A stretch of 64,000 nucleotides of DNA from Octopus bimaculoides (Eukaryota): assembly GCF_001194135.2 (NCBI RefSeq), contig NC_068984.1, forward strand, positions 127,297,226 to 127,361,225. The letters run 5' to 3'. Positions within the stretch are counted from its first letter, which is position 1. Each line of letters opens with the position of its first letter. This document shows positions 25,394-38,587 of this stretch, in pieces. A model generated the notes under the pieces. That model did no database searches. It saw only the letters and a list, made by a program, of their open reading frames with translations, and was not told where the DNA came from. The position numbers and the translations under genes are program-made.

Positions 25394-26104
25394 TAGGTGA
25401 TATACCTACAGTATTTTCAGGTATGAATGCAATGCAGTGAGTTTTTGTGTTACTCTGCAAACTAAGTAAACTGCTAAATATACAGTGCTCATGCTGCTTA
25501 TAAGAGTATCTACTCCATAGTTGTGGTGGACTGAACAACAAAAATAATGAAAAGCTCTGATACAATAAGAACTGTTGACCCCCTCAACTGGTTATCCAAT
25601 ACCATAGTAATTCACTTATAAAAGTAAGGAATGATTGATTACATTAACCTCAAAATATTACTGGTATCTATTTTGCGGAATAGAATGGCATAAAACGTAG
25701 TGAGCAATAGCAAGATTTTGAGCACTGGACACTAAGATATCAAACTAGATTAAATAAAGTATCCAATCACAAAACAAATATTGCCATCTAATATAGATAC
25801 TTGGCCTTGGTCAATGATGTTTCAGAGAAGTATGGTCAATTAAATTAAGCCCACTACTTTACTGGTACTCCTTTCTAAGATCCTTGGTTAGGATGAAATG
25901 GAAAATTGACCTTGGCAGAATTTGAACAAAGTAAGATATCAAATTAGATAAAATAAAACAACTAAACCAAAAAGAAATATTGTAGACAGAAGTTTGATGT
26001 AGTCCTGATTGAGCTGATCTACAATCAAAAACTTTCCAGCCATGGTCATTCAATTTTTGCTCCCTCCAAAAGATATCATGTACATATTATATTACCTAAT
26101 GTAA

Positions 26105-26330
26105 TCTTGTGGAAGCATGTAGTTTAGTGTTTAGAGTGTTAGACTCATGATTGTAAAATGGCGGTTTCAAATCTTCAACCGGGTGACGTGTTCTTGAGTA
26201 AAACACTTCATTTTCCATTGCTCCAGTCCAATAAACTGGTAAAAATGAGTAATCCTGCAATGGGCTGCCATCCCATTCAGGAGAGAATTTATGTGCCATA
26301 GAAAACAGGAAACTAGACCTACAAGTTTAT
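26105..26330 (+). mobile_element. tRNA-derived SINE, family C (CORE-like centre); second copy at about 28620-28890
   Basis: Head tagtttagtgtttagagtg..tttcaaatc, then gtgttcttgag..acatttcatttt..ccagtcc..gctgg..aaaatgagt. Confidence 0.65.
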
Positions 26331-26570
26331 ATGACTTGGGAATGATCTTTATCCTAATGTAGTCTTAATCCCTGGACTAGCTCCGTAGAGCACCAACAGA
26401 TGGTAGCACATAGTTGCATGTGCAGTGAGAGCTAGCAGTGACCTTCATGAGGCAGTGTGCTGAGTGACATCACTGTGTTTACTTTGCAAGTTGTGAAATT
26501 TGTGTTTTCCTGATCATGTGTATGCTATAGTCTGTGATTTTGTCACTTTTGCTCTTTTACTCTCTTTTTG

Positions 26571-26953
26571 CTCTTTTACTTGTTTCAGTCATTTGACTAC
26601 GGCCATGCTGGAGCACCGCCTTTAGTCGAGCAAATAGACTCAGGACTTATTCTTTGTAAGCCTAGTACTTATTCTATCGGTCTCTTTTGCCGAACCGCTA
26701 AGTTACGGGGACGTAAACACACCAGCATCGGTTGTCAAGTGATGTTGTGGGGACAAACACGCACACACACACACATATATATCTATATATGGTGGGATTC
26801 TTTCAGTTTCTGTCTACCAAATCCACTCACAAGGCTTTGGTCGACCCAAGGCTATAGTAGAAGACACTTGCCCAAAGTGCCACGCAGTGGGACTGAACCC
26901 GGAACCATGTGGTTGGTAAGCAAGCTGCTTACCACACAACCACTCCTGCACCT
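26571..26953 (-). mobile_element. tRNA-derived SINE, family B, near full length
   Basis: Minus-strand head aggtgcaggagtggttgtgtggtaag..ggttccgggttcagtcccactgcgtggc, an internal (CA/TA) tract, and a tail ..gactgaaacaagtaaaagag. Confidence 0.9.
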
Positions 26954-28160
26954 GGTTAAGTTAAAACTTAGGTAAATAAGCTATTTTTAATCTATCTAGT
27001 CCAGGAACCTTTTGATACCACCTCGTAATATCTTTAAGATGGTAAGATATGACCAAAGGAAAATTTGACTGTTATTTCTGACTTGAAGTTTGTTGCTGCT
27101 GTTTAGTCTAAGGTCAGCCTGAACAAACTCATAATCAGAAGCATTTCAGACATGACTATCCTCTCTGTCCTATGTGTGTGAAATCTAGAACAACATAATA
27201 CAACATGCTCTTTTCTAAGACAGTGGAGTGTGATTTAAGGGGATGTAGTTGCTATTTCTAACTGGTAAGCAATAATGTATGTAGAGACTCCTTCATTGGT
27301 TTGCGCTTGAATTTTGTTTTAAAAAATGGTAGAAACAAGTAAAGAAAAAATGTGGGGAAGAGGTGTAGGGAATATAATATCAGTTTAATCATGCTTCAGT
27401 AATAAATCATATGAACAGAAGAATAGTTTATGTAGAGATAAATATACTAACAAAAAAAAAAATTTACAAATCAAAATGAAGCAACAGACAAAACTGAGTT
27501 AATTTTCAAACTATTGACTTCCCCAATTGAAATTGTAGTTCCATTGTCAGATGAGAAAATGTGTGGGTTTTTTTGGGTTTTTTTTTTTCCCTTTTTTTTT
27601 TTTTTTTTTTTTNNNNNNNNNNTTTTTTTTTTTTTTGTTTTTTTGAAATGTTGAGTTTCACATGAAAGTTTTAATGCTAATTGAAACACAATGTGGAGGA
27701 CAGAAGGAGTTGGTCAGAGTAAGGTGGGGGGATGTTTACAGTAGAAGGGTTGGGTGGTGAATTGAGGTGGATTCGAGTTAGATCAATGATGTGTGAAGAA
27801 AAGGAATCTTTAAAAGAGTGTTAACAACAATAGACATTAAAATGAGAGTAAAAGCTAATAGCAGAAGAGTGAACAACATGTTAATGGAGTGAACAATGTG
27901 TTGGAAGAATGGCAGACAATAATTATTGATTCATAGCCCAAGGTCAAGGGGAAGAATTTATTACTGAATCTACCTGACACTATATCTATAGAATATGGTT
28001 GAGATATTTTCTAAACTGGTGTGTGCATGTGTGTGTGTCTATGTGTGTAAATGTACATGTATGTGTGTATGATTCCTATTCAATATATGTAAAGAACAGA
28101 TGAATTGAACATGCATCCAAGAGTTAGAGCATAAGATTTTGAATCATACACACATGCAAT

Positions 28161-28193
<33 letters not shown>

Positions 28194-28439
28194 GGAGGTT
28201 GAAAAGTGAATTCAGAACATGCCATATATAGATAGTAATTACAAAGATTTTAGTGCAGGAACTGGTGAGTAACAGGCCAGACATGAGCAGAGAATAGTCA
28301 ACAGCTGGGTGGGCCAGGTTAGAGATGATATAGAGTTGGCTAGTTCAGGAGGAGTAGTGATAGTAGTAGTAGTAGTAGACGAGAGAAGAAACAGTACATT
28401 TGTGGTCTGAATGTGGTAGTGAGTAAATCTTTATCAATC

Positions 28440-28600
28440 AGCCAGATGACCTGTTTGTGGATGCAGTCTAGGTTTGAGTGAGCAGAAAACAATATTGTCA
28501 CAGAAATGTGAACTGTATTCCAATATGGTCCTTACTTGAACTAAGTATATGGTTAGCAATTGACCTGAGTTGAAGGGATTTCTGAAAAGGAGTTTTAGTA
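28440..28600 (-). mobile_element. CR1/L2-like LINE C-terminal remnant
   Basis: LLTIYLVQVRTILEYSSHF. Confidence 0.55.
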
Positions 28601-29172
28601 ATATTATATATGTCATCATGGAGGCACATGGCTTAGTGGTTAGGGTGTTGTGTTCATGGTCATAAGAGTGTTGTTTCAGTTCCTGGATCGGGCAATGTAT
28701 TGTGTTCTTGACTGGACTAATGTGAAATGAAAGGTTCTTGAGGAGAACCTTTCATTTCACATTAGTCCAGTCCACTTAGCTGGAAAAAATGAGTTATCCT
28801 GTGATGGACCAGTGTCCCATGCAGTGGGGGAATATATATACACCACAGAAACTGAGAAACCAGCCTTATGAGCCAATGGTTCAGGAAGGATCTTTGATTC
28901 TTTTCATATATGTCATCATGAAAAATCATTAGATGCTGTGAGGTCTGGCATCTGGTGACTTTGAAGGTTTTGTTAAGTGTCGTTCATGACTAGAGAGGTT
29001 GTATGGTACAATACTGGTTTCACATGTGTAGTGAGTGTATGCTTATGTAATTGAAAGGACTGCTATGTCCTTATTGATGTTTTCAAGGTTTCTGTTCATA
29101 ATGCACACTTAAAACCTCCCAATTCCCTACAGATGCTAGACCTCACAATATCTGAATATTCCTTATTCTTTT

Positions 29173-29670
29173 ATTAGTTTCAGTCATTTGACTGCAGCCA
29201 TGCTGGAGCACTGCCTTTAGCTGAAGAAATCGACCCCAGGACTTATTCTTTGTAAGCTCAGTACTTATTCTATTGGTCCATTTTGCTGAACTACTAAGTT
29301 ACGGGGATGTAAACACACCAACATCAGTTGTAAGCAATGGTGGGGGAACATACACAGACACACAAACACATACATATATACAATGAGTTTCTTTCAGTTT
29401 CCGTCTACTAAAAGCTTTGGTTGGCCCAAAGCTATAATAGAAGACACTTGCCCAAAGTGCCACACAGTGGGACTGAACCCAGAACCATGTGGTTGATAAG
29501 CAAGCTACTTACTACACAGTCATCCTGCACCTATGGTACTTAATTTATCAATCCTGAAAGGATGAAAGGCAAAGTTGACCATGGTGAAATTTGAACTCAG
29601 AATGTAGCAACAGGTAAAATGACGCTTAGTATTTCGCCTGGCATGCCAACAGTTCTGCAAGCTTGCTGCC
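29173..29670 (-). mobile_element. Family-B SINE (29173-29532) abutting a partial family-A SINE (about 29535-29670)
   Basis: High similarity to 26571-26953 and to the family-A head. Confidence 0.85.
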
Positions 29671-31022
29671 TTATATTATATATGTTGACATATATAATAT
29701 TGTTAAAACTATATCTCAAACACTAAGTTCATGAAGTCAATGCAAGTTGTGTGTGGATGACACCTTTGTGCAGAAGTCTAAGGAAGAGTGATGGTAGTAA
29801 TTTTTATACAGGAGTATGTATTGTTAGAAGTGACATCAAGGTTTGTTAATGTACAGAGGAAAAGTAGGGGTGGAGTAATGCAGTGAGAAAAAACACTGGC
29901 AGCACACAGAGCAAAGAAGCAGTTCAAGAAAAAATTTAAACTCGAAATAAATGATGGATGGAACCCATAGGCAGATTAGCTTAGCTATGAGACTCTTATT
30001 CTAATCAGACACAGTTTACTGATGTCAAGTTTGATAATGTTTTTGTTAACTTTCCCAAATGAGTATGTATGAACAAGTCTCCAGTGTATCTATCTCTGTG
30101 GAAACAGAGACAGATACTGGTGGTCATTGAGGTGGGAGAATGATTCAAATTAATGAATGAGGAGACAATTGTTTTGTTACCATTAAGCTGGAAGTAAGAG
30201 TAAAAGATCAGTAAATAGCAGAATCAAAGAAGTTGCTTTCTTGAGAATGGGATAAACTGTATAAAATAGGACAATGATAAAAGCTAACTCTGGAGTTCAC
30301 AATTCCTTGAATGAATAACTGCTTATGGACAGGGTATTAATCAAATAAGTACCAGAAATATACTGATGCTGATGCAATTAATAAGGAACACAAGAAGGGG
30401 GAAAATCATTATAATATTAAAGAGATGTAAACTGTGATGAAAATGACCATGTTGGTAGTGATGCTGGTGGAAAATAATAACAACTCTTTTGCCTGCCAAT
30501 GAGTGATCCTCCATCAGTTTCAGTTGGATCAACTTAGTCTCTGATTTGTTAAATAAATGTTTATGTGAGAGGTTGAATATTCCACAGACATGTGTAATAT
30601 AATTCTCAAGCCAAATCAACATGATACAATAAGTGACAAATCTGGACCATTGAAGAACTGGTACAATGCATCTGATGGGCTTCCATCTATCTACCTAATT
30701 TCATTCACAAAGTTTGAGTAGACCTTAGGTTGTGATAAAGACACTTGCTCAAGATGCCAGGTAGAAGGATAAAATCTGGGAATAAATGACTGCAAAAGCA
30801 AATATCTCAGTCATTCAGCAACATTTGCCAATAGACAGAAGTGATTTATAGTAATAGTATGGAATAGAAAATAGAAATAGAGAGGACACCTATAACAGAT
30901 GACACAGTAGATGTGGAGAGAGATGATGAAATGTTGGTACTGATAATTGTGATGATGACAATGATTATAAGTTTTAGTTGGAGTTACTTGATAAACATCC
31001 TATATTTTGATATATAATCAAC

Positions 31023-31058
<36 letters not shown>

Positions 31059-31499
31059 TCTAAGTAATCAATATATTTCCTACAAGCTGTCTCAAGATGC
31101 TTCACATTGTAACAAATGTATTATTATATGTTCTAGAATATTCTTGAGATTGTATTCATCGCAGTAGGTTCCATTTTAATGAGTTAAGTAGATGTAGATA
31201 AAAATATCTGATCATCTTGAGTCAATAGAATTTCAGAAGACTTTGCAGTATTTCTGAAGAACTTTCTATAGAAAAAAAAAAAGATTTTTTTTTTAAAGAG
31301 ACAAGAATTTTCTTAAAACATCAACACTATCATACATCATTAAACTAACTGGAGAACATCCATTCCTTAAATCACACTGTACCATTAAAAATAAGAAAAG
31401 TAACATTGAATAGCATAGTCTGAAAAAAATAAGATGAAATTGTCATGACTGTAATGCATTTGATCATCGGTCTGCCCTACTGGGGCTAATCTGAGGTTA

Positions 31500-31900
31500 A
31501 ACCACAACCAATTACATACTAAGAAATTATCAAAAAGACATTTTAGAATCTATTTATCCATGTTAAGAAATGTGCAACCAGATGAATACCCACTATCAGT
31601 ACTCTGAACATTTTGCTTCCCTGGGCATTAAAGCTCTGACATCTGACAGCTGACACTGACATCTGGCAGGTAGACACCAGCAAGATTATCCCCCATCTTC
31701 CTAACAACAATCTTGGGCACCTTTTTGAATTCCATATGTCTAACACTCATGGACATGCTTACAAAATCAAAAAACAACACAGCATTCATAACTTTTGGAA
31801 ACATTTTTCCATGCTCAGAATTGCTGAACCATGGGACAAACTACCTGCATCAGTTGCTAGCTGTCAAGACACTACATCCTTCAAAACTTCCATGCACATA
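31500..31900 (+). mobile_element. CR1-like LINE 3' end
   Basis: SNTHGHAYKIKKQHSIHNFWKHFSMLRIAEPWDKLPASV matches the TRGHxxKL...FFSxRVxxxWNxLP motif. Confidence 0.75.
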
Positions 31901-33975
31901 CCCTTATCTACACATCTCATGATGGGTGTAAAAAGGCATCAGAATCATGCAAGTAATAATCTTGATTCCCATATTTCTATGCAAAAACATCTAGCTATGA
32001 GAAAATAATATCTTGCTTGGAAATAAGTGAAAGCTGGTAACAGGCAAGAAGGGTATTCAGTTGTAGGAAATCTTGCTCAAAAAATTCCACCCGACCCATG
32101 CAAGCATGGGAAAGTGGATATTAAATGATGATGATGATGATGATAGCATTCACAACTGACAAACCATGCTTCACTCATTTCTGTTCATGGCCCACAGATC
32201 TTTCACATTTAATATTCATGTTTCAATAACATGTAATATATTTCTTACAGACAGAGAGGAAGTTGGGTGGGGGCTTTGTTGTTAACTGCTTCTTGAACTT
32301 CGCTACCCACTTCTTTGCTCGAGCTACGATACTTTCCACTACAGCCACGCCAGTCCATTACATAGATCATCTAGGTTACAGAAACTATCAACGATATTTA
32401 ATGGTGCAGAAATTTATCTAAATTTGCAAACTATACTAAATTTAATGAGCTATCTAAGCAGCTCATAGACTTCATTTCATACAATTTATATAATATATTC
32501 AAGTGTATATGTTTATTTGACAATGTCTTTATATTCTGACAGAATATCTTTCAGATCTTAACTTGTAATAAAGTGAATCAAAACACCAAGTCTTCAGTAA
32601 TACAATGATGCTAATAATAAAAGCAAATTTAAATAAACATGGCAATTATGCATTGTTCTTGTTATTTAGTCTGCAGGTTATTCTTAGTCAAGCAGACATA
32701 CAATCAAATGCATTCCAGCCATGACCATCCTGTTTACATTTTTCATGCATAGTGTGTCTAGAATTACATTATTCAATACATTCTTTTTTTTGAAGATGGT
32801 AAGGTGTGATATGTAGATTTGGCTGCTCTTTCTCAAAGGGCTGGTAACCACATAGTGGGTTTTATCGTTAGCTCAAAATTATGATGTATACAAGATGCTG
32901 GCATATTATCTAGCAAAGATTATCTCATAAAGCTAATTTATTCTAATCAGTGAGCTCCAAAACAGATCAATAAGTGGTTATATATTTTTGATACAACTAT
33001 ATACTTTGGTTCATTTTTCTCTTGGATTAACCTCTACCATGAAACTATTTCACAATCAAAAACATCACGAAATTCCAGGAATCTCATCTTCACTTCATTC
33101 TGGTGCCTCGAACATAACTTCTTTAAATATATCATCATATCTGTTTTGATATTCCCCAACAGGGAAATTAAGATCATTGCACAAACTAATGCTCATCTGT
33201 GTAGTAAGTGTGATACAAGAAGCTTTTACAAGGCCTCCTTGGGTAATACTAGAAGTGTAATGCATGCAGGTATTACGTGTGTGTGTGTGTGTGTGTGTAC
33301 CATGCTGATCAAAGAGTAGTATAAAATATGAATCTTTTGAATTAAGTCATATCATTGTAGGTATATATGCCAACGTAATCTCCTTTCTCATACTGTTATA
33401 TTTACCTGTGAAAAGTTAAAATGTCTATATTTTAATAAGTTCTTAAAGGGTTGACTATAACGTAGATATTATCTTTGAGGGGCTGACACTTAAATTAGAT
33501 TTCTGACAATTAGCAAAACTGAATAAAGGAGTGGTGAAATCCTATTGTTCCATAGCAAGTATTTTATAGAAGCAAATCTAATTTTACCTACCTCTACTAC
33601 ACATCTGTCCTCTAGGACAAGAAGATTAAAGAAAAATACATTTCAGAAACCATCACCCCAAAAAGAAATTAATTAAAACATTGTTAGGAGTTTTGCTTGT
33701 TTTAAAATCAATGCAAAATATTAAATTTTTTGCAAAACTTTAATAAATATTTGATGCTGATTAATATTTAATTTTCAAATTCATTAAGCATTTACAAAAA
33801 TATTCAAAACTATATTCATAAATCATAACTTTGTTAAAATAATGTAATTAAAATATTACGGAAACTTATTAAAATAATACAGAAACTATAAAAATAAAAT
33901 AATCAAGATGGATAAATAAAAAGTGTTATGGGAAATGGTTTGGTTTTATTAGTAACAACAAATAAGGTCATTTAA

Positions 33976-34196
33976 TCCTTTAGCATTTAAACTGGCCATA
34001 TCCAACCCATATATTCTAACTCTTTTATGCTCAAACTGTCATGATCTGGCCCCTTTCACCTACCCTACAGTGTCATTCTAAAAATAAGTAATCACATCAT
34101 CAAAATCTCAAAAATTACAAGATAATGCATGATTGATTCAAAACAATGTTAATAAATTAACATTACATTTGATACAGCAACCTGAATGCTAAAGGG
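33976..34196. mobile_element. TTAA-target (piggyBac-type) MITE, 221 bp
   Basis: TTAA at 33972-33975 and 34197-34200. TIRs tcctttagcatt / aatgctaaaggg (1 mismatch). Confidence 0.85.
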
Positions 34197-36179
34197 TTAA
34201 TGCTTATTCATTTGAGGAGGAAAGGAAAACATGATATGGGACTGAAATTGGTAGTTAATGTTTAGTCTGGATTGTTGTGAGTTTAGAGTTAGTGGGAAGA
34301 TAGTGAAGAAGGAAGATATCAAAGAGTGGAAGAATTGAACAGTGTTTGCAGAATCAGGTGCAGCAAATGAAAATCAAACATGCATGAGATATGTATTTAA
34401 GTGGATGCAATAGAGGTTGGGTCAGTTGAGAGGAGCAACAGTTAGTGTAGTAAGGTTAATAGAAGAGGAAAGACAACTGAATGATGAAATAGGTATTGAT
34501 ATTAACAGTGCGTGATAAGAAATGATGTGACAGAATTGACCTCTATCATGATAGAAGCTATCAGAGAAAATATCACAACAATGCTTTAACAATAAATCAC
34601 TCATGCATAAGCATATAAATTCTAACAGAGATTAGAATAATATATGATCTCTTCTCACATTCAATAACCATGAAGGATAGTGGTTTAAAATGATGTTTTG
34701 GAAGGAAATCATGAAGGAAAAAACAAAAACATCATGTAGCCGATAGAATATGACAATGACTGGATTAGAAATAGAAAAAGTTTATACAGAAATCATAAGA
34801 TTGATAGGGATTGAAGACAAATCTTTAAAGATTAACTAGGTTATTAGATAATGTTCCCAACCATTATTGAGTAGAATGTAAGAGAGAGAATTAGTCTATA
34901 TTAAAATGAAACTATAACATTTCACTAATGAGGAAGAATGAAATGAAATTGTTATGTTATGCTGTAATCTAACATTATTATAAGATACCATCTCAACTAG
35001 AAAACTCTCTTGCAGATAGAATTGAACTCATTGCTACAGCTCTAATGTCAGGGATTACACTATATGTGGAGCTACATAAGCCAAATTTATAAGAAATGTA
35101 AGAAATATGATAAGAAAAAATATGCCATTAAAGATTGGCAAATATTTACTAAATGTCTGGTGACTATACTAAAATGTTTTGTGACAGTTCAATGGCCTCG
35201 ACTAAATTCAAAATCAAACTGTTCCAGAACAGAGCAAAGCAATAATGGTAAATATCGGCAAATTATTGTTGTTATTCTATAAAACATTAACAAAAACAAG
35301 ACATTTAAAAAACAAAAAAATAACATGTTTGAATAGCTAATGTTAGATAACCATGAGAGAAGAACCTGTTTTGGAATCAATTCAGGCAATGAAATTAGAA
35401 TATAAGGACTGTTAGTTCAACTTAGTGATTCAATACTTAACTACAGTACAGAAATGGTTAACAGCCAACAAATCTAATAGAGAAGCAGACTTTACCAAAA
35501 TACTTAACAAGAATTACTGAAATTATTAACAATAACAAGTAACATATAACTTTCGGGCCAGTAATTCACTCATGTAAAATCTGCTGCACCACAAATAACA
35601 CAAGCAAAAGAGGTTCTATGCAGTTACTAGAGCAGTTCAATAGACTTAACAAATCTCTGACAAGTTCTTTTAACCATGTTTTTAATATAATATTACACCA
35701 GGACAACATACAATGAAGACAGGAATAGCAACAAATAAAATGTTGATTGAAAGCTTCAGACAACCTTAACCCTCCATGCCAAACATCTGCTCAAAGACTT
35801 GACCAACACTGTTATCAACAACCAACAGCATGAGTCACTCTTACCTGCTAGAAATAGCAGCCATATCTCCTCTAAACACATCTTACTGTCTTTAATAAAA
35901 AAAAAGAAGTGCAGTGAGTAATGTAGTCTAGGGCTGATTACAATAGACCACAAGTTCACTTGATCATGGCCAGTTTGGGAATATATATAGCAACACTTCA
36001 AATGGGAATGATTTCGTGTTTTCCAAACAAAATATCATCCATGTATTAAAAGCAAAAATCAATGGGAAATTGCATATAATCATAAGTTTCTTGATAGCAT
36101 AACATTGATACTACATAACCTTTTCATAGAAACATTCAGACTCCCCTATCTTACATAGCTCTGATTATCTATTCCGATG

Positions 36180-37060
36180 TTCATACCATCATGACCTACT
36201 TCTAGAACACCAATCACTATTATCACATGTAGACATCCTATCATACACCTCTCTGCTAGCTACCACACCTACTATCATTATATGTCCATACCACCATCAC
36301 CTCTCATTAATATAACTACTATCGCCTTACCTTTTCTCTGGCTACCATCCATTACCAGCACATAATTCTTTCTACTATAGCATAAGGCCTGAAATTTTGG
36401 GGAGGGGATAGTCGATTACATCAACCCCAGTGCTCAACTGGTACTTAATTTATTAACCTTGAAAGGAAGAAAAGCAAAGTTGACCTTAGCAGAATTTGAA
36501 CTCAGGATGCAAGGACAGATGAAATGCTGCTAAGCATTTTGCCCGAAGTACTAACGATTCTACTAGCTTGCCATCTTAAACCAGCACATAATAATACCTT
36601 CAATCATCTGCAGCTACTGTAGCTATCATCACCTAACACTGTTGGAGCTACCATCTGCTACCATCACATGTCCATACCACTATCACCTCCTGCTACTGCA
36701 TGAATCATTCACAACCATCACATATCAATTTCATTATTGCTTACTCCTAGTTTAGCTACCATCCACTACCATCTCTACCACCACCACCCCCAACTACTGT
36801 GGCAACCATTCATTTTGCTACTATCATGTCCATACCACTATCCTTTACCACAAAGCTAGCCACCATTTACTACCATCACATGTCCATAGCATTGCCATCT
36901 TACCTCTACAGTAGCTATTTTCCACCACCAGTACATATCCAAAGGACAATCACCTACCTTTACTGTAATTACCATCACATGATCACCCCAGCCCCATCAA
37001 CAATCACATGTCTCTGTCTCAACCATCACATGCTTATAGCTATGATGCACTACAGCCTAC
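36180..37060. repeat. Degenerate C/A-rich satellite (ctaccatcacatgtccataccactatcacct-like units)
   Basis: The motif recurs near 36270, 36660, 36820, 36870, 36970 and 37020. Confidence 0.6.
36367..36579 (-). mobile_element. Family-A SINE with a 13-bp target-site duplication
   Basis: accagcacataat at 36354-36366 and 36580-36592. Confidence 0.9.
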
Positions 37061-38340
37061 TGCAACTCAGATAATTTACTTTTTCTCAAGTTAGTCTACC
37101 ATTCAGATTCTCCATGTATATCTAATGTAATCCTATGCTCTAAACATAAGGGGAAAAAACTGCAATCATTCATTTTACTTGACTAGACTAGATATTAAGA
37201 AGCAACCAAGCTAGAATGATCAAGAATATGAGGGTCTTTCAAAAAGAGTTCTGTTGGCTGATTATTAAGTTCTTTGATCCTCTGACTGTGACTTAACACA
37301 GAGCCAGCATCACTGACTCACTGTCCAATCAATTTGTTTGGTGCATTACATAAAATCAGATTACCATCAAAATTAACAACAGTGAACTAACAATCCAAAG
37401 ATAGAAGTGCTTCATTCAGATATGTTCAACTATGAATAGCTTGCTTTAGCTGAACTAGAACTTAATTCTGGTAAATGCTTAGCATCAACTACCAGCATTG
37501 TTTATTGTATTGATATAGCGCAGTAGAATTTCAGCTGTATTGATAGTCTACCTGGAATATCACTGCATCTTTTTAGCTGTCCTATCAGAAAAATTGATTA
37601 GAGACACATCATTGCAGTGCAACTACAAGGTGAACGTCCTGACTGCAAATATTTAATTCAACTTTGTATCTTTCAATTCAAACAATCACATCTATGTATT
37701 ACTTCTTTTTTTTTTTTTACCTGTGAGAAAGAGATACAAATACACAGGAATGAGACATAACAGAGTCTGCGTCTGAAACAAATTAAATAGCTATATTTAT
37801 ACGCTGGAATCTTGTCACTTTCTTTAAAATTAGCTTACTGATTACAAAGTGAGAAAGAAGAGCATCAGAAAGGAGGATGTAACAGATCAGAAAATTAAAA
37901 TTTGAATATTCAGGGTTTAATCTACCCCAGTTCAACTAAAAAAAAGACACACACGCACTGAGAGAAAGACAGAGAGAGAGAGAGAGAGAAAGAGACAGAC
38001 AGACAGAGAGAGGGAGAGAGAAAGAGACAGACAGAGAAACAGAGGGAAAGGGTAGAGAGAAAGAGAGAGAAAGATATTTCAATTACAAGCGTATTATTTT
38101 TGCTGCTACTTTTAAGAAAATTGGGTTATTTCCTGCAAGATGAATGTAGTCAGTAGCTGAAAGTTTTAAATTTATTTATGATCCAAACCAATTGCTTTTC
38201 TTTTCTATATAAATATTTCTTTTATTTAATGTTAAGGCAAGCTATCTTTTAATATGCAATTTCTACTCGAGAAGCATAAGATGAGAAAGTTATAACTAAA
38301 AGTTTATTTCTTCATACATTATTTATATATCTTGTATTCA

Positions 38341-38587
38341 TTTCTACTCTAGGCACAAGGCCTGAAATTTTGGGGGAGGGGGCCAGTCGATTAGATCGAC
38401 CCCACTATGCAACTGGTACTTAATTTATCAACCCCAAAAGGANNNNNNNNNNCTTAATTTATCAACCCCAAAAGGATGAAAGGCAAAGTCAACCATGGCA
38501 GAATTTGAACTCAGAACTTAAAGACAGACGAAATACCGCTAAGCATTTTGCCCAGCGTGCTAAAATTTCTGCCAGCTCGCCGCCTTG
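38341..38587 (-). mobile_element. Family-A SINE, near consensus, split by a 10-N gap
   Basis: Intact head and centre. A 24-bp sequence is duplicated either side of Ns 38443-38452. Confidence 0.9.

Noticed and set aside
26568-26975. 135-aa ORF
   Set aside because: It lies entirely within a family-B SINE, antisense to it.
38419-38476. 24-bp tandem duplication inside a SINE
   Set aside because: The copies flank a 10-N gap, so this is most likely an unmerged contig overlap.
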